Source of the DNA: Escherichia phage EcNP1
Strand: one strand, 5' to 3'
Length of the DNA: 64,000 nt
Sequence record: NC_054910.1
This document shows positions 45,565 through 59,046 of this stretch, piece after piece. The notes below the pieces were generated by a model, which had not been told where the DNA came from, did no database searches, and was given only the letters and a program-made list of their open reading frames with translations. The translations under genes were made by a program, and so were the position numbers. Numbering within the stretch: position 1 is the first letter of the stretch; each line of letters opens with the position of its first letter.

Positions 45565-45899
45565 TTCATAATCACCAGATAAGCAGATTTAGCAGTTTCA
45601 ACACGATAAATTTCATGACGAAGTTTAGTTATACTTTTAATAACAGAACTAATTATATTCTGCCCATCTTTAAAGCGGTTTTTCTTATCAATAAAAATTG
45701 CGCCAACCATCTTTTTGTGAAGCTCAACTGGATACTTCGTCACAATAATAGCATCATACACAGAAGGATGAATACTATTCACTAGAGTATCATTCATTAA
45801 AGTTATTCTAATGAACTGAGCTGTTTCAGAATCAAGCGCTCTATGATCGCCAGTATCATTTTCAAGACAATTATCAATTATATCAGTTAAATTCATCAT
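45561..45899 (-). CDS. Hypothetical protein (cd-pseT cluster)
   Basis: 112-aa ORF, ATGA-coupled to cd. Confidence 0.65.
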   Translation of the reverse strand: MMNLTDIIDNCLENDTGDHRALDSETAQFIRITLMNDTLVNSIHPSVYDAIIVTKYPVELHKKMVGAIFIDKKNRFKDGQNIISSVIKSITKLRHEIYRVETAKSAYLVIMK

Positions 45900-46132
45900 A
45901 GTACGCCATACACCCTTTGTGCTTCAACTAATCCATCAAAATCCAATTTGAGATGTGTTATTTGGTCACCATCGCCTGGATTCACAATTACTAATACTGA
46001 ACGAGGAGTTTCGGTAATAACACGAACCGACGTTTCAGGAAATCGTTCAGAAACCTTATTTACCAATTCTTGAGCAAATAGTTTAACTTTTTCTTGGAAT
46101 TCTTTAACAGTAATTGGTTTTTCACTTAGCAT
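45896..46132 (-). CDS. Hypothetical protein (cd-pseT cluster)
   Basis: 78-aa ORF in coupled series. Confidence 0.6.
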   Translation of the reverse strand: MLSEKPITVKEFQEKVKLFAQELVNKVSERFPETSVRVITETPRSVLVIVNPGDGDQITHLKLDFDGLVEAQRVYGVL

Positions 46133-46653
46133 GTTGATCCTAGCTCCTTACTTTCAACGTTTTTAACTAATTTGACAGAAACTAATTCAGCATCTTGAGT
46201 AATCATTACCGGACCTTCTTCATACTCTTCAAGATATTCTAGAGCTTTCTTTTTAGCTTCTTCCTTCGTATCAGTTTGAGCATAGATATAAAACATACAA
46301 CCAGTAATACCTACTACTTTCCACTTAATTTCTTTATCAGTTTTAATTTCAAATTTACTAACAGAATCATCTTTTTGAACTTCTTCGAAAAAAGAATATT
46401 CTAACATATAAGCAATTGAAAATAACGGACTAACTTTATAGGATTCACCCATTACATCAACAGCTTTATACCAACAATCATCAATTTCGCGTTTAATGCT
46501 AATAACATTTTTCGCAGGATCTATTTTTACTTTAAATGAATTTTCCCCAATAAACTGGGCAATTCGTTTATTAGCCCCGCAAGTTTCATTAAAAATATCT
46601 TTATATCCAGCTTTAAAGCGATAAACCTTATCTTCTTCAAACCATTCGCTCAT
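46126..46653 (-). CDS. Hypothetical protein (cd-pseT cluster)
   Basis: 175-aa ORF. Confidence 0.7.
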   Translation of the reverse strand: MSEWFEEDKVYRFKAGYKDIFNETCGANKRIAQFIGENSFKVKIDPAKNVISIKREIDDCWYKAVDVMGESYKVSPLFSIAYMLEYSFFEEVQKDDSVSKFEIKTDKEIKWKVVGITGCMFYIYAQTDTKEEAKKKALEYLEEYEEGPVMITQDAELVSVKLVKNVESKELGSTC

Positions 46654-46716
46654 TTCAATTTCCTCATTTGTTTTTGGTAGAGCTATAATATCACAACTCT
46701 ACCGTAAAGTAAACTA

Positions 46717-46992
46717 TTAAATTGCCTTGAATTCTGATGTCTGTGATTCAAAGCGAATATCGCCTTTGATGACTAGCTCAGCATCAAGACCGAATACGAC
46801 GATGATATGCGCGGAACCTGGATACAGCGTAATTGCAATAGAATCCACTTGGTCTGGAAGCAAAGCGTTCAATACATGAGTCACTTGAGCGTGGATTCGA
46901 AGTTCAGCTGCATTATCAAGCTTTTCAAACATGTTATTAGCGATAATTTGGCTAAACACTACTTCTACGATTTTAGAGTAAGTCGGAAACAT
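46717..46992 (-). CDS. Hypothetical protein (cd-pseT cluster)
   Basis: 91-aa ORF. Confidence 0.6.
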   Translation of the reverse strand: MFPTYSKIVEVVFSQIIANNMFEKLDNAAELRIHAQVTHVLNALLPDQVDSIAITLYPGSAHIIVVFGLDAELVIKGDIRFESQTSEFKAI

Positions 46993-46994
46993 AT

Positions 46995-47195
46995 TTACCT
47001 CACATAATTTTCTTCAAGCCAATCAATAACATCCAAAGCGTTATCAAAAATTGAACCATCTACTTTGTCTTCTGTTTCATAATCAAGAACATCTAAGCCT
47101 ACTCTTCCATCTACAATAGGCCATAAACAAAATAGATATTTCTTTTCTTTTTCAATTTTATCACAAAGTCGATAAATCTTTTCTAGATTATTCAT
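46995..47195 (-). CDS. Hypothetical protein (cd-pseT cluster)
   Basis: 66-aa ORF. Confidence 0.55.
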   Translation of the reverse strand: MNNLEKIYRLCDKIEKEKKYLFCLWPIVDGRVGLDVLDYETEDKVDGSIFDNALDVIDWLEENYVR

Positions 47196-47384
47196 AAGTT
47201 TTCCATGGTAAAGGCAGTTTAGTTTTCTTTACTGTTAGTTCAACATCAGGATTCTTTTCTCTTAATTTAAGACATTCCTCCCAAGCTCTGTTTTCACTAG
47301 TGAAAACACAAAATTGCCCATTACTAGTACCAACTAAACCGCTATTTACAATAACAATAGACCAAGTTTCATGATGCCAAGCCA

Positions 47385-47385
<1 letters not shown>
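47188..47385 (-). CDS. Hypothetical protein (cd-pseT cluster)
   Basis: 65-aa ORF whose stop overlaps the pseT start. Confidence 0.55.
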
Positions 47386-48603
<1,218 letters not shown>

Positions 48604-48607
<4 letters not shown>

Positions 48608-48834
48608 TTATTTTTCTCAACCAATGATTGAATATAATCATGCAGGTCTTTAGATGCTTTACCCCACTTATTTTGATATTCATTTTTAAGATTAGCCCGA
48701 GATTGAGCTAATAAAACGTCATTAGTTGGAGGTAAAGATTCTAATCGTTGAATCTGACGTCCATAAATCATTGCAGCCATCTCAGATTCATAAATCAATC
48801 CTTTGAGATGTTCAAATTGATGCCATGAAATCAT
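48604..48834 (-). CDS. Hypothetical protein (pseT-alc cluster)
   Basis: 76-aa ORF in coupled series. Confidence 0.6.
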
Positions 48835-49130
48835 TTACATTTATCCTCTTTTAGCTCTTGACGATAATAACATATCATAGTTTTTTGGTCATGTACATAT
48901 CGTTTTACATCATTAAGCCAAATACGAAATTCCTGGGAATCTTCAAATGGCATACCGACCCAAGCTTTACCATCAATAACTTTAACTTGCCAAGATAGTT
49001 TAGCTTCATCGTATGACTTTATTTGCACAGGCCAATTAGGATGAACTGTTTCTTTCTTTACTTCTAGAGGCTTTGTCGAACAACCAACTAGAAGACCAAT
49101 AGATAATATTACTGCTGATAGTTTAATCAT
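48831..49130 (-). CDS. pseT.2: Outer-membrane spanin (lipoprotein)
   Basis: 99 aa; N-terminal signal with lipobox (MIKLSAVILSIGLLVGCS); immediately follows, and overlaps by 4 nt, the TM plus coiled-coil ORF. Confidence 0.75.
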   Translation of the reverse strand: MIKLSAVILSIGLLVGCSTKPLEVKKETVHPNWPVQIKSYDEAKLSWQVKVIDGKAWVGMPFEDSQEFRIWLNDVKRYVHDQKTMICYYRQELKEDKCK

Positions 49131-49480
49131 TTAGAAAGGTCCTGGATGTCTTCTGCGAACTTGTTGAAGGAGTTGTTGATTTGTTTTTCAACCAATCCTG
49201 GCTTATGAGCCACCACATCCGCCTTCTTTGCATCTTTGCGCAGTTTTTCATTTTCACGCTCAATAGCAGCAATTGCCTCACGATTTTTATTATTCATCGC
49301 ATCAATATAATTATACTGAATTCGCAAATTATCTAATGCTAAAGCGTTTTCATTGGCCGTTTTTGTAATTTCTACAACAGACGTTTCTAATCTTTCAATT
49401 TTACTTTTTAAAATTAAAGAAGTTCCGCCCAATGCAATTACAATTAATAACAAGCCTGCTGTCGTATTACTTAATTGCAT
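49127..49480 (-). CDS. pseT.3: Inner-membrane spanin
   Basis: 117 aa; N-terminal hydrophobic segment (AGLLLIVIALGGTSLIL) followed by charged coiled-coil-like sequence. Confidence 0.75.
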   Translation of the reverse strand: MQLSNTTAGLLLIVIALGGTSLILKSKIERLETSVVEITKTANENALALDNLRIQYNYIDAMNNKNREAIAAIERENEKLRKDAKKADVVAHKPGLVEKQINNSFNKFAEDIQDLSK

Positions 49481-49977
49481 AAAGTTTTAATAACCTCTAC
49501 AATATCGTCTTGAGAAAGACCGTTAATTAAAATATGATGTTCAGCCGGAGATTTAGAAATTTTAAAGCATGCCTCAACATCTTCTGCCATATCTGACGCG
49601 TTACGATTTGGATTACTAATTCCAAGACGATGTTTTCCCGTCAAAGGATTAACGATGATGTAGCATTTACAGTTGTTAATATGAACATTAGGTTGAGTCT
49701 GATTAATAAACACTTCACAATCATATTTAGCAAGCTGATTTTCTAAAAAGACTTTCATCTCCTCAACTGCATCAGGAAGCATATCACGGGCTTGCTCAAG
49801 ACGACGATTTCGATATTCTTTAATGGTCGTTTTCCGCTTGACTTGCTTAGCTAAATCTTTCTTAAGATCGGTGATATATCCAACTCGACGATTTCCTTTA
49901 AATACAGAAATCCCATCTGTAGTATCACCGTATGCTTCAACGACCATTTCAGTAGTAATAAGCTGTAAATCCATCAT
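49471..49977 (-). CDS. alc: Alc, inhibitor of host transcription
   Basis: 168 aa (T4 167); position between spanins and rnlA. Confidence 0.85.
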   Translation of the reverse strand: MMDLQLITTEMVVEAYGDTTDGISVFKGNRRVGYITDLKKDLAKQVKRKTTIKEYRNRRLEQARDMLPDAVEEMKVFLENQLAKYDCEVFINQTQPNVHINNCKCYIIVNPLTGKHRLGISNPNRNASDMAEDVEACFKISKSPAEHHILINGLSQDDIVEVIKTLCN

Positions 49978-50038
49978 AAAGTCCTCATGTTGTGTCAGTA
50001 AGTCTACTGTAACACAACATGAGGGACTTGTAAACAGC

Positions 50039-51626
<1,588 letters not shown>

Positions 51627-51648
51627 AATAAAATGGGCCTTGCGGCCC
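51627..51648 (-). terminator. Intrinsic terminator after nrdB, abutting the denA start
   Basis: Minus strand hairpin GGGCC-GCAA-GGCCC then ATTTTATT, directly followed by the denA ATG. Confidence 0.7.
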
Positions 51649-51653
51649 ACTCC

Positions 51654-52823
51654 TTAAAAATATTTTTTAAAACTCATCATAACTTTATCATCAACATCAT
51701 TATCAATCTGTGCAACAAGGTAAGATGACAGTTCTACTTCTTGCGGCGCGGATTGAACATTATCAGAATTAAGATATTCACGAATCCAAGGATACGGATG
51801 TTTAACCGGAGCATCGGTAATTGGGCATGGAAGACCGCACTGTTTCATACGAGATACAGTTAAGTAATCAATAAAGCTCCACATGCTATTTGTATTTAAT
51901 CCAGGAACATCGCCATCTTTAAATAAATGAACTGCCCAGTCTTTTTCTTGGCGGTTAACTTCCATGAAAATATCAACTGCTTCTTGTTCACACTCTTGAG
52001 CAATTTTAACCCATTCATCACCATCTGTGCCAAGTTGAAGTTGACGAATAATATATTGGGTGCCTTTAAGGTGTAGCTGTTCATCACGTGCAATGAACTT
52101 CATAATCTTAGCATTACCTTCCATGATTTCCATGTTTTTATGGAAGTTAAAGGTGCATGCGAAAGATACATAAAAACGAATAGCTTCCAAGGCGTTGATT
52201 ACATGCAAGCAGAGGTAAAGAGATTTCATTAATGCTCGTTTAGTACATTCAACAACTTTGCCTAACTCTTCTTTACGAAATCCTTCTGATAAAATTCCTT
52301 CATAATCTTCAACCGCATTCTGATATTCACGAGTCTTAACTAGAACATCATCATAATAGCGACCAATGGACTCGGCACGTTTCATAATAGCTTTATCTAA
52401 TACAATCTCATCAAATACCTTTGACGGATCAGTATAAAGATTTCGCATGATATGAGTATATGAACGGCTGTGAATAGTTTCACTAAAAGTCCATGTAGCA
52501 ACCCATGTATCAAGACTTGGGTCTGAAATTAATGACATAAGTACAGCAGACGGTGCACGACCCTGAATGCTATCCAAAAGTGATTGATACTTCAGATTAT
52601 TAGTAAAAATATCTTGCTGATACTGAGGAAGCTTGTTAAATTGTGCAGCATCCATCATCAAGTTTACTTCTTCAGGACGCCAGAAAAATGACAACTGCTT
52701 TTCGGTTAAATCTTCAAAAACTTTATGACGTTGAATATCGTAACGCGCAATACCAAGACCTGAACCGAAGAACATAGGTTCTTTTAAAACATCAACTGGA
52801 TTTGTATTAAAAACTGTGCTCAT
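51654..52823 (-). CDS. nrdB: Ribonucleotide reductase small subunit, uninterrupted
   Basis: Single 389-aa ORF from ATG at 52823; no intron. Confidence 0.95.
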   Translation of the reverse strand: MSTVFNTNPVDVLKEPMFFGSGLGIARYDIQRHKVFEDLTEKQLSFFWRPEEVNLMMDAAQFNKLPQYQQDIFTNNLKYQSLLDSIQGRAPSAVLMSLISDPSLDTWVATWTFSETIHSRSYTHIMRNLYTDPSKVFDEIVLDKAIMKRAESIGRYYDDVLVKTREYQNAVEDYEGILSEGFRKEELGKVVECTKRALMKSLYLCLHVINALEAIRFYVSFACTFNFHKNMEIMEGNAKIMKFIARDEQLHLKGTQYIIRQLQLGTDGDEWVKIAQECEQEAVDIFMEVNRQEKDWAVHLFKDGDVPGLNTNSMWSFIDYLTVSRMKQCGLPCPITDAPVKHPYPWIREYLNSDNVQSAPQEVELSSYLVAQIDNDVDDKVMMSFKKYF

Positions 52824-52874
52824 AAATTTTCCGCTTAGTTAATAGATAGTGACTCGTCCGTGAGTCAAATTATA

Positions 52875-55139
52875 TCATAATTTACAGGATGAACAATCTT
52901 CAGCTTTTGGAGTTTCTATTTCATAATCATCAGTACCAGAACCATCACGGGTATTATGATAATAGAAATTTTTTCCGCCAAAATACCAAAAGTACAAAAG
53001 GTCATCAATCATTACAGACATTGGAACCTTTCCTTTTGGAAAAATCTGCGGGTCATAATATGTATTCGCTGAAGCTGATTGACATACCCATTTCAGCATA
53101 ATAGCTACTTGCGTAAGATAAGGTTTATTACCTTTCTTAGCTAATTTCCATGTATAATCATAGAGGTCTATGTTATGTTCAATATTGGGCACGACTTGAT
53201 TAAAGGAACCCTCTTTTGATTCTTTAACCGAGACTGGTCCACGTGGAGGCTCGATACCGTTTGTACTGTTAGAAACTTGGGAAGATGACTCACATGGCAT
53301 AAGTGCTGATAATGTGCTATTACGGATGCCAAAGAGCTTAAGGTCTTCCCGCAGCGACGACCAGTCACAAACGTATTTTGGAGCTGCGATTTGGTCAATC
53401 TTTTTATTGTACCAGTCGATAGGTAATTCGCCTCGAGACCAACGAGTGTCTGAATAATATTCGCAAGGTCCTTTTTCTTTGGCGAGCTTAATGGATGCTT
53501 TGATGAGTCCATACTGTAATCTCTCAAATAGTTCATGTGTTAAATCGTTAGCATCTTCATAAGAAGCAAAGTTACTTGCCAGCCAAGCTGCATAGTTAGT
53601 AACACCTACACCAAGATTTCGACGCTTTTTAGCTTTTTCTGCTTCAGGAACTGGATATCCTTGGTAATCCAAAAGATTATCAAGAGCGCGAACTTGAACT
53701 TCTGCTAATTCATTAATTTTATCTTGGTCTTGCCAATCGAAGTTATCCAACACAAATGCAGATAACGTACACAATCCAATTTCAGCATCAGGGCTATTCA
53801 CATCATTTGTTGGAATAGCAATTTCACAACACAAGTTACTCTGACGAATAGGTGCCTTTTCACGAATAAATGGAGTATAGTTATTCGTATTATCAATGAA
53901 CTGCACATAAATCCTTGCTGTTCCTGAACGTTCAGTCATGAGTAATTCAAACAGTTCACGTGCTTTAATACGCTTTTTACGAATATTAGGGTCTTTTTCT
54001 GCGGCTTCATACAATTCACGGAAACGGTCTTGGTCTTTAAAATAAGAATAATAAAGTTCGCCACCCATTTCATGCGGACTGAACAAAGTAATGTAATCAT
54101 TCTTTCCGAATCGTTCCATCATTAGGTCATTCAGCTGGACGCCATAATCCATATGACGGATACGGTTTTCTTCTACACCTTTGTTATTTTTCAAAACGAG
54201 AAGATTTTCAACTTCCAAATGCCAAATAGGATAATAAGCAGTAGCAGCGCCGCCACGAATTCCACCCTGTGAACATGATTTAACAGCAGTCTGAAAATGT
54301 TTCCAAAAAGGAATAACACCAGTATGACGCACTTCACCTGTGCCAATCTTAGAACCTTCGGCACGAATCATACCAACGTTAATGCCGATTCCAGCTCGTT
54401 TGGAGATATATTCAACAATTGAAGCAGAAGCTTTGTTAATAGACTTCAGCGAATCACCTGCTTCAATAACAACGCATGAACTAAACTGTCGAGTTGGAGT
54501 ACGACATCCAGCCATAATAGGAGTTGGCAGTGAAATCTGTCGAGTAGATACTGCTTCATAAAAACGAATAACATGTTTTAATCTGTCAACAGGTTCATCT
54601 TGATGCAATGCCATTCCAATAGTCATAAATGCAAACTGCGGAGTTTCATAAATTTGACCAGTGGTTTTATCTTTAACGAGATATTTTTCTTTTAATTGCA
54701 TCGCCCCGGAATAAGTAAATTCCATATCCCGCTCGTGCTTAATTTTTGATTCTAAAAATGTAATTTCTTCTGCTGAATATTTTGACAACAGTTCAGGGTC
54801 GTATTTACCTTCATTTACACAGTAAGAAATATGGTCAATAAATGAACGCGGTTCATACTGTCCGTAAACATGCTTACGAAGAGCAAACATTAAACAGCGA
54901 GCGGCTACGTATTGATAATCAGGCTCTTCAACTGAAATAGAATTCGCAGCAGCCTTAATGACAATAGTCTGAATGTCGTCAGTTGTCATTCCATCACGGA
55001 GATATGATTTAATATTTTCATATAATTCATAAGGATCTACAGATGTTCCTTCAGCTGCCCAAGATAAAACTTTAATAATTTTTTGCGGGTAAAAGCTCTG
55101 AGAAACACCACTACTTTTGATAACATTAATTAATTGCAT
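52875..55139 (-). CDS. nrdA: Ribonucleotide reductase large subunit
   Basis: 754 aa, same length as T4 NrdA. Confidence 0.96.
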   Translation of the reverse strand: MQLINVIKSSGVSQSFYPQKIIKVLSWAAEGTSVDPYELYENIKSYLRDGMTTDDIQTIVIKAAANSISVEEPDYQYVAARCLMFALRKHVYGQYEPRSFIDHISYCVNEGKYDPELLSKYSAEEITFLESKIKHERDMEFTYSGAMQLKEKYLVKDKTTGQIYETPQFAFMTIGMALHQDEPVDRLKHVIRFYEAVSTRQISLPTPIMAGCRTPTRQFSSCVVIEAGDSLKSINKASASIVEYISKRAGIGINVGMIRAEGSKIGTGEVRHTGVIPFWKHFQTAVKSCSQGGIRGGAATAYYPIWHLEVENLLVLKNNKGVEENRIRHMDYGVQLNDLMMERFGKNDYITLFSPHEMGGELYYSYFKDQDRFRELYEAAEKDPNIRKKRIKARELFELLMTERSGTARIYVQFIDNTNNYTPFIREKAPIRQSNLCCEIAIPTNDVNSPDAEIGLCTLSAFVLDNFDWQDQDKINELAEVQVRALDNLLDYQGYPVPEAEKAKKRRNLGVGVTNYAAWLASNFASYEDANDLTHELFERLQYGLIKASIKLAKEKGPCEYYSDTRWSRGELPIDWYNKKIDQIAAPKYVCDWSSLREDLKLFGIRNSTLSALMPCESSSQVSNSTNGIEPPRGPVSVKESKEGSFNQVVPNIEHNIDLYDYTWKLAKKGNKPYLTQVAIMLKWVCQSASANTYYDPQIFPKGKVPMSVMIDDLLYFWYFGGKNFYYHNTRDGSGTDDYEIETPKAEDCSSCKL

Positions 55140-55456
55140 AAGTCCTCAACTTGAAAATCGTCTTTAAACAATCGGTTAACTATATGAGCTATTATATCAC
55201 CATGACACGGCTTTGGTTTACATGTGCATCCTAGCCTCATTCCACGTAAAGGCTCTAAATGTGCTTTAGTTATTTCTCCGGATTTAATTCGACGTATAAA
55301 ATCTTTTTTGAATAATTCAATGGCAGCCTCCCGGCTGCCAGCATCTTTACCGACGTAATTTCCCCAAAATGTACCACGGTGAATATTAACATCAAAGTCG
55401 GATTTATATTTATTCACTACCTGGCATAGACGGCCCGCGCGGTGATAATTCGTCAT
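55130..55456 (-). CDS. Hypothetical Cys/His-containing protein (T4 nrdA.1 position)
   Basis: 108-aa ORF; cluster [18 protein letters not shown]; start may be downstream because of 47-nt overlap with the next ORF. Confidence 0.6.
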   Translation of the reverse strand: MTNYHRAGRLCQVVNKYKSDFDVNIHRGTFWGNYVGKDAGSREAAIELFKKDFIRRIKSGEITKAHLEPLRGMRLGCTCKPKPCHGDIIAHIVNRLFKDDFQVEDLCN

Positions 55457-55673
55457 ATTGTTTTTCCGTTAAAACAGTAATATCATAGTAACAATCTGAA
55501 GAAGTTTTAACTGTAGAAATTTTATTATCAAAATACTCACGAGTCATTTTATGAGTATAATATTTTTTGCCGTAAATGATAATAGGCTGATTTGGTCCTG
55601 GAACTTCTAACTCACTTGGATTAGGAAGTGTAAAAAGAACTACACCAGAAGTATCTTTAAATCGTAAAATCAT
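55410..55673 (-). CDS. Hypothetical protein (T4 nrdA.2 position)
   Basis: 87-aa ORF between td and nrdA. Confidence 0.6.
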   Translation of the reverse strand: MILRFKDTSGVVLFTLPNPSELEVPGPNQPIIIYGKKYYTHKMTREYFDNKISTVKTSSDCYYDITVLTEKQYDELSPRGPSMPGSE

Positions 55674-55696
55674 ATATCCTCACAATTAATAATTAA

Positions 55697-56556
55697 TTAC
55701 ACCGCCATTTTTCCTTTAATAGGAGGGTGTGATTCGTAACCTTTAAGAACGAAATCTTTAGGCCTGAGTTTAAGAACATATTCCAATTGTTCTTTAGTAG
55801 AAAGATAGCGGAATTTATAAGGCAATCCGCCTATTACCAGTTCACAAAGCTCTTTAGGTTCACGACGCAAAATTTCTTTACATTGTTCTACGTGATTCAT
55901 ATAAATATGAGTATTACCGCCAGAAAATATCAAATCTCCTGGAATAAGATTACACATCTTAGCTACAATATGAACTAATGCAGCATATGATGCAATATTA
56001 AATGGAAGACCGAGGAAAACATCTACCGAACGTTGATACCACTGCAAATCCAAATAGCCATTACGCACATTAAACTGATAGAACATATGACAAGGCGGTA
56101 ATGCCATATATTTAAGTTCAGCTGGATTCCATGCAGAAACAATTTGACGCCTATCATTTGGTAGTTTTTTAATACGATCAACAACTTCTATAATTTGGTC
56201 TACACCGCCAAAATCACGCCATTGTTTTCCATAAATTGGACCAAGTTCACCACTATGATATCCTAAATCTTTTGCTTGATTTTCGTAATTTTCATCCCAG
56301 ACTGTTTTGCCTTGAATTAATGAATCATGTTGAATTAATCGCAAATCATTGACATTTATGCTTCCCGATAAAAACCAAAGGAGCTCAGCAATGCAAGCTT
56401 TCCAGGCGAGCTTCTTAGTTGTTACTGCAGGAAAACCTTTACTTAAATCCCAGCGCAATTTAGTACCAAACAAAGCAATTGTTCCTGTGCCTGTTCGGTC
56501 ATCGGTTTCGTAACCATTTTCCAGGATATCTTTAATTAAAAATTGGTATTGTTTCA

Positions 56557-56557
<1 letters not shown>
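55697..56557 (-). CDS. td: Thymidylate synthase, uninterrupted
   Basis: 286 aa from ATG at 56557 (MKQYQ...); active-site ALPPCH; single continuous ORF; track start 56569 is TTG. Confidence 0.95.
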
Positions 56558-57586
<1,029 letters not shown>

Positions 57587-57594
57587 ATTATCTC

Positions 57595-57930
57595 CTAATA
57601 TAAAGGATCGGGAACATATCCACTGGCTTTAATCATTTTAATTAACGTTAACATTCCTTTATTAACTGCTCGTGAGATTTCATCAAAAACTTCATCACTA
57701 AAAAGTTCTAACACGCCCTTCTGAACTTTTAATTTACAGCCAACAATTTCGTCATCGCCTATAGTAAATTCGTTTCCGCCAATTCCACCAAAAAACTTAA
57801 TTGCACCAGTCAACTGTCTTCCACGAGAATATGGGTCGTGTGATAAAGTAATATGAGTCACCCCAGGTACAGTTTTAAATTGGCAACGGATGTTTACTTG
57901 GGCAATTCCAGTTACGTGAATGTCAGACAT
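57595..57930 (-). CDS. Hypothetical protein (frd-32 cluster)
   Basis: 111-aa ORF. Confidence 0.65.
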   Translation of the reverse strand: MSDIHVTGIAQVNIRCQFKTVPGVTHITLSHDPYSRGRQLTGAIKFFGGIGGNEFTIGDDEIVGCKLKVQKGVLELFSDEVFDEISRAVNKGMLTLIKMIKASGYVPDPLY

Positions 57931-57940
57931 AATATTTTCC

Positions 57941-58183
57941 TCAAACAGACTTTTTCACAATTTTCCAATCAGCTTTAAACTGATCGACGTCAGAATGATA
58001 AATCCAGAATCCTGCGCTTTCTCCATCCTCATAAAGAGGGCATCCATCACATTCATCTTCCCATCCCATATCACGTAAAAGATGTTCAGCTTTTTCAACG
58101 AGTTCAGAATCTTTACCGATGATATTAAAATACCATTTACCTCTAACTTCTGAATCTTTGATGCTCTGGCGTTGTAATCTCAT
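57941..58183 (-). CDS. Hypothetical protein (frd-32 cluster)
   Basis: 80 aa from ATG at 58183 (MRLQRQSIKD...) with SD GAGGAG; the longer track ORF to 58282 would overlap the upstream gene. Confidence 0.6.
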   Translation of the reverse strand: MRLQRQSIKDSEVRGKWYFNIIGKDSELVEKAEHLLRDMGWEDECDGCPLYEDGESAGFWIYHSDVDQFKADWKIVKKSV

Positions 58184-58212
58184 TTTTATTCTCCTCAGTA
58201 ATTGATAGGGTA

Positions 58213-58242
58213 ATAGTATCACACTACTACCCAGAAGTAAAC
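58213..58242 (-). promoter_or_regulatory. Candidate sigma70-type early promoter
   Basis: On the minus strand GTTTAC (58242..58237), an 18-nt spacer, then TG-A-TACTAT (to 58213), upstream of the ATG at 58183. Pattern match only. Confidence 0.35.
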
Positions 58243-58643
58243 TACTTTTTGAAAGTTTTTCGCAAAAGTTCAATGATTTCATCTACATTGTTTTCGTCTA
58301 CAATGCAGTGAATTTTTGTTACGCCAGAAATCTTATCTTCGACTTCATCTTCTTCAGAAGTTGGTTCTTTATACTCGCGGAAACAATAAAACTCTTCTTC
58401 ACTAAGTTCAAAATAATCATTACCCATACCATCATCATTATAGATTTCGCCATTAGCACAAATGATTTCAGTTACATAATCAAAGCCATCTAAACTTGAT
58501 ACTGATTTAACTTCAAACCAACCACCATTTTCTTGAATGATGCCGACCATATTAGCATTTGATGAACTAATATCAATGAAAGATTTAATACGATGTGGAT
58601 TTAACTCATATTTTTTGCCGATTTCCATTTTGATTTTCCTCAT
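58242..58643 (-). CDS. Hypothetical acidic protein (frd-32 cluster)
   Basis: 133-aa ORF; alternative ATG at 58628 has SD GAGGA. Start uncertain. Confidence 0.6.
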   Translation of the reverse strand: MRKIKMEIGKKYELNPHRIKSFIDISSSNANMVGIIQENGGWFEVKSVSSLDGFDYVTEIICANGEIYNDDGMGNDYFELSEEEFYCFREYKEPTSEEDEVEDKISGVTKIHCIVDENNVDEIIELLRKTFKK

Positions 58644-58673
58644 TTTGATAGGGGCTTGACAGCCCCTTGATAA

Positions 58674-58901
58674 TTATTGTTCAATCAGTCCCATGTAAAA
58701 TTCTGCGTCTTCAGCATCCATACCATCACAATATTCATTAGCCATAAAGCGGGTGAGGTCTTCAAGAGGACCTTCAATAACAATTTGAATGCTCCAAAAC
58801 TTAGAATCTTGCACACTTGTAATACTAAGTTCAGGATAACGATTACGAATAATTTCTTCAATATACTCAAAATCAACGATGTCAATATCAACTTTAGCCA
58901 T
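58674..58901 (-). CDS. Hypothetical acidic protein (frd-32 cluster)
   Basis: 75-aa ORF immediately downstream of the gene 32 terminator. Confidence 0.6.
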   Translation of the reverse strand: MAKVDIDIVDFEYIEEIIRNRYPELSITSVQDSKFWSIQIVIEGPLEDLTRFMANEYCDGMDAEDAEFYMGLIEQ

Positions 58902-58990
58902 ATTATTTTCCTCTTTAATCGTCAGCAGTATTGCCGATAGTTGTATAGTACCATGGAAGAACAGGGATGTAAACTGTTTTGTGAAAAAAT

Positions 58991-59024
58991 TTTTGAAATA
59001 AAAAAGGGGACCTCTAGGGTCCCC
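58991..59024 (-). terminator. Intrinsic terminator after gene 32
   Basis: Minus strand hairpin GGGGACC-CTAGA-GGTCCCC then TTTTTTATTTC. Confidence 0.8.
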
Positions 59025-59046
59025 AATTAATTAGTAATATAATCTA

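Noticed and set aside
51627-51650. Track N-terminal extensions starting at GTG/TTG (denA to 51650, rnlA to 51199, td to 56569, gene 20 from 13765, gene 11 from 2471, uvsW.1 from 25451, gp33 to 61052, rnh to 62231)
   Set aside because: The six-frame track reports the longest ORF with alternative starts; in each case a downstream ATG with an SD reproduces the known T4 protein N-terminus and length.
53168-53536. 122-aa ORF on the nrdA strand, out of frame inside nrdA
   Set aside because: Internal alternative frame of a 754-aa conserved gene; no evidence of an overlapping gene.
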